Positions 12,427-19,845 of a DNA stretch of 64,000 nucleotides are shown here, piece after piece. Origin of the DNA: a bacterium (GTDB lineage Bacteria > UBA8248 > JACPRG01 > G963555815). The stretch spans positions 594,916 to 658,915 of the forward strand of contig CAUVWX020000002.1 in assembly GCA_963555815.3 (NCBI GenBank), given 5' to 3'. A program made the position numbers and the translations under genes. Every line of letters starts with the position of its first letter. Position 1 is the first letter of the stretch. The notes under the pieces were generated by a model. That model was given only the letters and a program-made list of their open reading frames with translations. It searched no databases and was not told the origin of the DNA.

Positions 12427-13413
12427 CTAAGAGGACTTGGCGCCCTCGCCTGACAAGACCTCCCAGAGACAAATGGTATTGTCCGCTGACCCTGAGGCGA
12501 GGAAGCGGCCATCCGGCGAAAAGGCGACAGAGCGGACCGTCCTTTCGTGCCCCCTCAGGCATCCCAGCTCTTTTCCTGAGGACACGTCCCAGAGGCGGAT
12601 CTTATGGTCCCGCGATCCAGACGCCAGAAGGCGGCCATCGGGCGAAAAGGCGACGGAGTAGACCCTGCCTACATTTTCGCCGAGGCGCCTCAATTCCTTC
12701 CCTGAGGACACATCCCAGAGGCGGACGGTCTCGTCAACAGCCCCTGAGGCCAGCAGGCGGCCATCGGGCGAAAAGGCGATGCTCCTGATCCAATCCCTGT
12801 GTCCATCAAGGCGCATCAGCGGTTGACCTGAGGACGGATCCCATAAGCGGATAGTCCTGTCGTCCGACCCGGAGGCCAGGATGCGGCCATCGGGCGAAAA
12901 GGCAATGGAGTTCACATCAGCCTTATGCGCTTCCTTACGTTCCTCCGTAAGGACTTTTAGCCCCTGCCCAGAGGACACGTCCCAGAGGCGGATCAAGGCG
13001 TCTTTTGACCCTGACGCCAGGACTTGACTGTCAGGCGAAAAAGAAACGGCGTAGACCCAGCCCCCAACCCCCCCAAGGCGTCTTAATTCCTTCCCTGAGG
13101 ACACCTCCCAAAGGCGGATGAAATTGTCAGATGACCCGGAGGCCAGCAGGCGGCCATCAGGCGAAAAGGCGACCGCCCAGACCGCTCTTTCGTGGTCAAG
13201 GCGCCTGAGAACTTCCCCTGAGGGGATCTCCCAGAGGCGGACGGTCTCGTCATCAGCTCCCGAGGCCAAAATGCGGCCATCGGGCGAAAAGGCGACCGCC
13301 CTTGGCCAATCTCCATGCCCTTCAAGGCGCCCATGTTCCCTCCACTCGCCTGCCAGAGACTCGTTGTCTGTCGCGGATTCATGGATGGGGGAAGCGTTTA
13401 GTTTATCGTTCAT
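12427..13413 (-). CDS. Stand-alone 7-bladed WD40-repeat beta-propeller protein
   Basis: Seven AFSPDGRxLASGxxDxxIRLW repeats; nucleotide repeat gcggccatc(g/a/c)ggcgaaaaggc recurs about every 123-144 nt; start 13413 or 13443. Confidence 0.92.
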   Translation of the reverse strand: MNDKLNASPIHESATDNESLAGEWREHGRLEGHGDWPRAVAFSPDGRILASGADDETVRLWEIPSGEVLRRLDHERAVWAVAFSPDGRLLASGSSDNFIRLWEVSSGKELRRLGGVGGWVYAVSFSPDSQVLASGSKDALIRLWDVSSGQGLKVLTEERKEAHKADVNSIAFSPDGRILASGSDDRTIRLWDPSSGQPLMRLDGHRDWIRSIAFSPDGRLLASGAVDETVRLWDVSSGKELRRLGENVGRVYSVAFSPDGRLLASGSRDHKIRLWDVSSGKELGCLRGHERTVRSVAFSPDGRFLASGSADNTICLWEVLSGEGAKSS

Positions 13414-13514
13414 CTCAAGTCCTTTTGTCCCTTTATACCACAAAAATCTCCTGTCTCGGTTCCGCCCTGAGCGAACTGCCGTGGGGATTATAGCGGAACG
13501 CTACAGTCAGGGAT

Positions 13515-15007
13515 CTAGTTTAAGACCTGCTTGATCCTCCCCTCGACCCGGGGGGAAACCTCGGGCCTCTTCTTCAGATACTGGACAAAAAGGTCCCGGG
13601 GAGAGAGGGACTCGGGAAGGGGGACAGCCTCTGCTCCCGCCAGGGACCGGTGGCCATCCCCCCCCTTGGCCAGAAAATCGGTGGTCGCAAGGCGGTAGAG
13701 CCGGTCCGGAACGATCTCTGTCCCACCGACTATGAGGGAGAGGAGACGACTCCCCGGGGGCCGCTTGGGGTCGTAAGTCAGCCTGACCCCCGAGACCTGC
13801 AAAAAGCCTCCGGTCCCACGCCGGGCCACACCGTCCTCCAGGGCCTCCTTGATGTTCGCCCCCGACACTTTTAGCAGGACCACTCGGTCATCGAAGAGGA
13901 AGGTGCCGTGTGCGAAACGATCCGTCAGCACCCCGGGCGGGACATTCTCATCGATGCGGATCCCACCCGCGTTCAGGAAGGCGAGGTCGGCCCCCGTCTC
14001 CTCTCTCAGGGCGTCGGCAACGAGGTTTCCAAGGTTTGACTCCTCAAAGCGGACGATTTGCTCAAGACCTTGGAGCGTCACGCGAGAGCGGCTGAGGGGG
14101 ATTTCCGGCCCGAGCCTATCCTGAAGCCTCTCGGTCCACCTCTCGACCGTGGCCCTGACCCGAGAGTCCTCAGGAAGATCCTAGGTCAGGGGGATGACTT
14201 TGGCCGTGAGAGACCGGTCGGGGGATCCAGGGTTTTCGACCACGACACGAATGAGGGTCCGCGCGTCACTGTCGGCCTTCGCAATAAGGGTCCGTCCCAC
14301 AAAGGAGATCCGGTGATCGTGATCGTGGCCGCCCGCGATGAGGTCGATCTCAGGGTAGCGGCGGGCCAGTGCCCGATCTTCCTCCATCGAGAGATGGGTG
14401 AGGGCGATGAGGAAGCTTACCCCCTCTCTTCTGAGGGCCTGTATGGTCTTCTCCGCCGCGACCAGGGGGTCGAGATAGCGGACATAGGCCTGGGACCTCT
14501 CGGCGAGGGTGAGACCGAAGATCCCCACCCGGGCACTTCCCACCTCTCGCAACAGATAGGGCCTGACCCCTCCAAAAGGTTTCCCGGTCCGGGCATCCAG
14601 GACATTGGAAGAAACCCAGGAGAAACGGGATTCGGAGATCCGGCTCAGGAGGACCTTCGGGTCCGGGTCATCAAACTCGTGGTTTCCGAATGTGGCCATG
14701 TCCAGACCCGCCTGATTCATGGCCTCGATCATCTGCCTGCCCTGAAAGTGGCGACTCATGAGGGAGGGAAACAGGAGGTCCCCGGCGTGGAGGTAGAGGA
14801 CATCAGACCCACGCCGCCGCTCTTCGGCCACCAGGGCGGCCACCCGGGCCAGCCCCCCCTTCGGCCCCCGTCCACGGCGCGGATCCGGTAGACGTCATTG
14901 GTCTGAAAGATGATGAGCTTCTTCGAAGGGAAAGGGTCTGCAAAGGAGGAGGAAAGAAAAACAAGAAGGCCGAGAAAGATGAAGATCGAGGGGGGAAGTT
15001 TTCTCAT
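13515..15007 (-). pseudogene. Bifunctional 5'-nucleotidase/UDP-sugar hydrolase (UshA-like), disrupted by a frameshift and an in-frame TAG
   Basis: Signal peptide + QTNDVY (frame A), then HAGD/GNHEFD/THL/GGHDH (frame B) and C-terminal ESNLGNLVADA/NAGGIR/GGFLQVSG; shift at the G7 tract 14853-14859; TAG at 14181-14183 in frame with the C-terminal domain. Confidence 0.85.
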
Positions 15008-15023
15008 GAGGGCGCGCAAAAAA

Positions 15024-15371
15024 TTAAGGCCCAAATAGCTGCTCATAAATCTTGGCGTTGAAGCCGACGGCGGTCTTCTTCCCAGCGACGACCACTGGGC
15101 GCCTGATGAAGGTATACTCTTCGGCCATATACCTCAGGAGGTCTCGTTCAGAAAGCTCCTTTCGGTCAAGGCCAAGCGTCCGATATTTGAGGGCCCTGCG
15201 GGAGAAGAGGGTTTCTGCGCCGCCCACCGCCTTGGCCAGAATCTCGACTTCCTTTCGGCTGATGGGGTCTTTTTTGATGTCCCGAAACTCCGGACCCAGA
15301 TGCCCCAAACCCTTGAGAAAGGCGACCGCCTTCTGGCAGGTTCCTCAGGTGGAAGACCAGTAGATTTTCAT
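15024..15371 (-). CDS. ArsC/Spx-family (YffB-like) redox protein, probable selenoprotein (UxxC)
   Basis: ATG 15371 MKIYWSST-TGA-GTCQKAVAFL continues in frame into the annotated 15024..15308 ORF (…FIRRPVVV…VGFN); the TGA occupies the first Cys of the family CxxC motif; SECIS-like hairpin follows. Confidence 0.9.
15316..15334 (-). promoter_or_regulatory. Putative bacterial SECIS element
   Basis: AGAAGGC-GGUC-GCCUUUCU; stem starts 11 nt and loop 18 nt after UGA 15345-15347. Confidence 0.75.
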
Positions 15372-15556
15372 CTTTTCAGGTTAAAGGGGGCGCAGGCCGG
15401 AGTCAATCTGGAAAAAGCCCCCTGTCACAGGAGAGATTGGCAAAAATGGAAAGGGACCCGTATACTTTCTTTAAATTTCATTGAGATGTGTTGACACGAT
15501 CGCGCCACCTGAGGGCCGACAAGCCTCTGACGGAGGTTCCCAAGCGAGGAGGAGAG

Positions 15557-15874
15557 ATGGACTCCATTCGTGTGAAGGAGATGGAACGTTATTCCGCCGA
15601 GAAGATGCAGAAGGTAAACCTCTTTGAGACCGAACGGATGTTCTGTGACGTATATTGCCTTGAGCCCGGCCAGGTCCAAAAACCCCACCGCCATGAGGGG
15701 GCCGACAAGATCTACTATGTCCTGGAGGGCAAAGGGACGTTTCAGGTGGGAAAAGAGACAAAAGAACTTTCGGCTGGCACCATTACCATGGCCCCCTCAG
15801 GTCAGGAACATGGCGTCGTGAACGAATCCCAGGACCGCCTGCTGGTCCTCGTCTTCATGGCACCTCATCCGTGA
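15557..15874 (+). CDS. Cupin-domain protein
   Basis: PGQVQKPHRH…YYVLEGKG and APSGQEHGV cupin motifs; strong AGGAGG RBS. Confidence 0.88.
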   Translation: MDSIRVKEMERYSAEKMQKVNLFETERMFCDVYCLEPGQVQKPHRHEGADKIYYVLEGKGTFQVGKETKELSAGTITMAPSGQEHGVVNESQDRLLVLVFMAPHP

Positions 15875-15949
15875 TCCCCAGTTCCTTTCTCCAGGAAAGG
15901 CACAAAGGGTTTTTGTCTCATTCCTCTTGAGATAAAAGGAGCCGCGACC

Positions 15950-17344
15950 ATGGCGGAACAGAGTCTACGGGATCACCTCAGTAGGCTGGAGAAGGCGGGG
16001 CGCCTCTTCCACGTGAAGGCCGAGGTGGACAAGGATTGGGAGATCGCCTGCGTCACGCGACAGGCGATGGGGCTCCCGCCGCAAGAACGGTTCGCCATCC
16101 AATTTGACCACGTCCGGGGCTTTCAAACACCGGTGGTCGTGGGAGCCATCGGGGCGTCTCGGGACATCTACGCCCTGGCCCTCGGTATCCAAGAGGGTGA
16201 GATCCACGAGAGATGGCTTCACGCCCTTCGCCACCCCGTCGAGCCCCGCATGACGACGGCCGCGCCTTGCCAGGAACATGTGGACCGAGATAGCCAGGTG
16301 GACCTGCAGAAATTCCCGGTCCCCACCTGGACCCCGACGAAAGACGGAGGGCCTTATTTCTCAGCGGGCTGCGTCGTCATAAAGGACCCCGAAACGGGGA
16401 TCCAAAATGTGGGGATCTACCGGCTCATGGTCCATTCGTCCAACCTCCTGGGGATCCTCATCATCCCCGCCAAGCACAGCGGGATCATCTACTCAAAGTA
16501 TGAGGCCATGAATCGGCCCATGGAGGTGGCGGTCGTCATTGGCCCGCCGCCCTCGGTGGTCATGGCGGGCGCGGGGAGAGTCCCCTACGGGGTCGATGAG
16601 TTGGCCGTGGCGGGAGGCCTTCTGGGGTCCCCCCTCGACCTGGTCAAGTGTCAGACAGTGGACCTCCAGGTCCCGGCTCAGTCGGAGATGGTCATCGAGG
16701 GGGTCATCCCCCCCCATGAGCGGCGCCACGAGGGGCCCTTTGGCGAGTTCTTCGGCTATATGGGGGAGGACGGCGACGCGCCCGTGGTCAGGGTGCAGGC
16801 CCTCTGTTACCGCTCAAACCCCATTCACCAGGGGATCATGGAGCAAAAACCCCCCAGCGAGGGGAGCTACATTAAGGATATCGCGATGGAGTCCATCCTC
16901 CTCGGGGCCCTTCGAGGGATAGGGGTCCCGGGGGTCCTCGACGTGCACGTGGGGGAGATGAGCGCTCAATCCCACGTGGTGGTCGCCATCCAAAAGCTCT
17001 TCCCGGGCCACGCCAAGACTGTCATGCACGGATGTTGGGCGAGTTATCCGAACCGTTGCAAGCAGGTGACCGTGGTGGAGGGGGACTGTAATATCTCCGA
17101 CTCAGCCGATGTGGAGTGGCATATCGCCTCTCGGGTCCAGCCGGATCGGGATATTGAGGTTATCTCAGAGGCGACGGGTCACACGCTAGACCCCTCTATG
17201 CCGGAAGGGAGAAAGATCTACGGGGCAAAGATGGGCGTTGACGCCACCCGAAAACACCCTTACCCCGAGGTCTCTCTCCCCCCGGAAGAGATGCTGAACA
17301 GGGCCCGGAAAGACTGGAAGAGATACGGCCTCCCGGCTCCTTAG
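15950..17344 (+). CDS. UbiD-family prFMN-dependent (de)carboxylase
   Basis: DGGPY, NVGIYR, EMVIEG, EGPFGEFFGY, LDPS, KMGVDAT. Confidence 0.92.
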   Translation: MAEQSLRDHLSRLEKAGRLFHVKAEVDKDWEIACVTRQAMGLPPQERFAIQFDHVRGFQTPVVVGAIGASRDIYALALGIQEGEIHERWLHALRHPVEPRMTTAAPCQEHVDRDSQVDLQKFPVPTWTPTKDGGPYFSAGCVVIKDPETGIQNVGIYRLMVHSSNLLGILIIPAKHSGIIYSKYEAMNRPMEVAVVIGPPPSVVMAGAGRVPYGVDELAVAGGLLGSPLDLVKCQTVDLQVPAQSEMVIEGVIPPHERRHEGPFGEFFGYMGEDGDAPVVRVQALCYRSNPIHQGIMEQKPPSEGSYIKDIAMESILLGALRGIGVPGVLDVHVGEMSAQSHVVVAIQKLFPGHAKTVMHGCWASYPNRCKQVTVVEGDCNISDSADVEWHIASRVQPDRDIEVISEATGHTLDPSMPEGRKIYGAKMGVDATRKHPYPEVSLPPEEMLNRARKDWKRYGLPAP

Positions 17345-18318
17345 AGCTGGTAGTGGTCGTAGGCCGACCCTTCGAGCGCCTGCAGATAGTCCTGAAATCT
17401 CTCGTTAAACTCTTCTGTCCGCTCCAGGGGACCATAGTGCCCGGCCGTGGGGAGCACGAGCTTGTTAACATCCCGGAACCCTGTCGCGGTTGTTGTACCC
17501 GCACCTCGATGATCGCCCCCCGCTCCGGCCATCTGGTCGGCGGCCTTCACGTACTCGGGCCCATCCTCGGTCCCTATCACCACCAAAACTGGAGCCTGGA
17601 TTCCCTTAATCCGGCCCATGAGGTCTGGGCGATTCAGCATGCCCTCAACAGTGGCGGCAAAGGCCTCAGGGGTGCTTCGGAGGGCCTGCTTCTTGACCCA
17701 GTTCCGAGTGGGAAATTCATCCTGAAGGAACCCCGCCTCCGTGTGGTGGTTAAAGAAAGGCTTCAGCCCCGGTGTATTGTCGAGCCAGTGCTCGACGGCC
17801 GCCTCGAGCCCTTTCGAGCGTGCCAGCTTGGCAATTTCCGACAGCTTCGTTTTCTCCGCGGCATCAGGGGCGTTGGGGTTGGCGCCACACATGACAAGCC
17901 CCTGGACACGCGCGGGATACTCCAGCGCAGTGTTCAGGGCCACTCTGGCCCCATTGGAAAGGCCGCAGAGGACCGCCCGCTTGATCTTCAGGTTGTCCAT
18001 GAGCCCGATGACATCCTTGGACAGGCCCTGGATGTCGTATCCATCCTTGGGCTTATCTGAATCCCCCACCCCCCGGGCATCGTAGGAGACGGTTTGACAG
18101 AGAAAATCGAGGTGCTGATGCTGATGGGTCCAAAAGTCGGACGTGCTCCCAAGCCCATGGATAAAGATCACGGACCTGCCGCCATAATTACTTCCTGACC
18201 AGGAAATCCCCTCCCCTCCCGAGACTTTATAGGCAAGGTTCACTCCGTTCACGTTGGCCTTCTTGACCACATACTGCTCGGACGTTTTTTGCCCCAATGG
18301 GCTTCGAGCTTGTACCAT
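17341..18318 (-). CDS. Alpha/beta-fold hydrolase (PcaD/enol-lactonase-like)
   Basis: FIHGLG, YDARGVGDSD, nucleophile GLSNG, GTED, AGHYGPLE; AGGAG RBS before ATG 18318. Confidence 0.85.
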   Translation of the reverse strand: MVQARSPLGQKTSEQYVVKKANVNGVNLAYKVSGGEGISWSGSNYGGRSVIFIHGLGSTSDFWTHQHQHLDFLCQTVSYDARGVGDSDKPKDGYDIQGLSKDVIGLMDNLKIKRAVLCGLSNGARVALNTALEYPARVQGLVMCGANPNAPDAAEKTKLSEIAKLARSKGLEAAVEHWLDNTPGLKPFFNHHTEAGFLQDEFPTRNWVKKQALRSTPEAFAATVEGMLNRPDLMGRIKGIQAPVLVVIGTEDGPEYVKAADQMAGAGGDHRGAGTTTATGFRDVNKLVLPTAGHYGPLERTEEFNERFQDYLQALEGSAYDHYQL

Positions 18319-18580
18319 GTACTTTCTCCTTCGTTTCAGCACTTTTTAGGATTAACGGGTTTATTAGCGAGCGGGAGTATAGCACATTTTTCCTGGGGGG
18401 AAAGCCTTTTTTTGCCCTTTTTTGCCCCTCTTTTTGCCCCTCCTGGGCTAAAAATTTCGGTTGACTTCTGAGATGGGAGCGGGCAAAGTAAAGGGGCAAC
18501 ATAGGAAAATTAGTCTACCCTTCTGCACGAAGGACAAAAGAGTGTGTGGGACTATCTGACGACAGGAGGAAAGAAAGAGA

Positions 18581-18901
18581 ATGGCTATTTTAAAGGCCCC
18601 TATTGCTGGGAAAGAGCAAGATGTGGAAAAGGCGTTTGGGACGGTCGTTGAGGCTGAGTGCAAGGATGCCAAGCTGGCCATCAGCTTCAATAAGAAGTAC
18701 GATGGGTATAATCTCAAGCTGGAGAAGATGGGCGTGAAGCGGGACCTCTTCTTTCACGAGATCCGTCTCACCAGTGACCACGACGAGAAGGGGCTCATCG
18801 AGGCCGTGAAGTATGAGGCCCAAAGCCTGGAGCGGGACACGAAATACCCATCTGTCCTGGAACTCGCCCGCGGGGGGAAGGTTACACCAGGTTTTTCATG
18901 A
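18581..18901 (+). CDS. Hypothetical protein (106 aa)
   Basis: Clean ORF with purine-rich RBS region and protein-like composition; no family recognised. Confidence 0.7.
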   Translation: MAILKAPIAGKEQDVEKAFGTVVEAECKDAKLAISFNKKYDGYNLKLEKMGVKRDLFFHEIRLTSDHDEKGLIEAVKYEAQSLERDTKYPSVLELARGGKVTPGFS

Positions 18902-19047
18902 GAGAGAGCCCCAAAAGGGGGGCCCGAATCCCGAAGAGAAGAGGTTCTCTGCCAATCGGGTGGGAATCCTCCAAAGAATCCTCCCGCTCCAGTTACCCGT
19001 TAGCGGAAGGGTACAAAGGGGCTAAATAGCACCCAAGAGGGGATAAT

Positions 19048-19449
19048 ATGGTCTATGTAGTTATCGAGGCCTGTATCGGCGTAAAGGATAGTATCTGTGC
19101 CCAGGTGTGCCCGGCCGAGTGCATCTACGAGGGGGAGGACATGTTCTACATCGACCCCATCGATTGCATCGACTGTGACGCCTGTGTGCCCGTCTGTCCC
19201 GTCGACGCCATCTACAAGGAGGACCAGGTCCCCGAGAAGTGGAAAGACTATACCCAGAAGAACGCCGACTGGTTTATTACGGGGGACGGTCGGGAGGCCA
19301 AGGCGACGGGCAGGATCATGGAGGGCGTATATCGAACCCTGGGCTCAGACCCGCTCCATTTGAACCGTGTCGACATGGATAAGGTGAAGGCCAAGGCCCC
19401 CATTGCCACGAAACTCAATATCGTGGCAGACGAGACGGGGGATAGGTAG
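19048..19449 (+). CDS. 7Fe ([3Fe-4S][4Fe-4S], FdxA-type) ferredoxin with C-terminal extension
   Basis: CIGVKDSICAQVCPAEC and CIDCDACVPVCPVDAI; extension after KNADWF. Confidence 0.9.
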   Translation: MVYVVIEACIGVKDSICAQVCPAECIYEGEDMFYIDPIDCIDCDACVPVCPVDAIYKEDQVPEKWKDYTQKNADWFITGDGREAKATGRIMEGVYRTLGSDPLHLNRVDMDKVKAKAPIATKLNIVADETGDR

Positions 19450-19486
19450 ATCTAGACTCTTCCTTCTCGCCCTTTTCGCACGCCAT

Positions 19487-19525
19487 AAAAAGAGGCCGCT
19501 GGATTTTTTCAGCGGCCTCTTTTTT
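19487..19525. terminator. Bidirectional intrinsic terminator
   Basis: aaaaagaggccgctg…cagcggcctctttttt. Confidence 0.88.
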
Positions 19526-19545
19526 ACCCCCGTCCCCTTCCAAAA

Positions 19546-19822
19546 AAGGACGACCAGGTCCCCCAGAAGCGGAAAGACTATACCCAGAAGAACGCCGGCT
19601 GGTTTGATACTGAGGGGGGTCGGGAGGCCAAGGCGACAGGCAGGATTATGGAGGGCGTATATCAATCCATGGGCCCAGACCCGCCGCCGGGCTCAGACCC
19701 CCTCCATTTGAACCGTCTTGATATCGACAAAGTGAAGGCTGGCGCCCCCACTGTCACGAAACCCAACAAAAAGAGGCCGCTGGAAAAATCCAGCGGCCTC
19801 TTTTTTTACCCCTATCCCCTTG
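19546..19822 (+). repeat. Degenerate tandem duplicate of the ferredoxin 3' half plus its terminator
   Basis: Aligns with 19216-19539: KDDQVPQKRKDYTQKNAGWF…IMEGVY…SDPLHLNR vs KEDQVPEKWKDYTQKNADWF…IMEGVY…SDPLHLNR. Confidence 0.92.
19768..19807. terminator. Bidirectional intrinsic terminator (second copy)
   Basis: aaaaagaggccgctgg aaaaa tccagcggcctcttttttt; also placed to terminate the convergent oxidoreductase gene. Confidence 0.88.
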
Positions 19823-19845
19823 TTAGAAGGGGAAGGTCTTAGGTG

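Noticed and set aside
12427..13413. CRISPR-like periodic repeats
   Set aside because: The ~126-nt periodicity is the coding WD40 repeat; there are no unique spacers or cas genes
14181..14183. Pyrrolysine codon in the nucleotidase
   Set aside because: The same gene also has a frameshift, the position is a non-catalytic linker, and no pyl genes are visible; pseudogenisation is simpler
19216..19822. Diversity-generating retroelement TR/VR pair
   Set aside because: Differences between the copies are not adenine-specific (G/C and T/C changes plus indels), and there is no reverse transcriptase in the window
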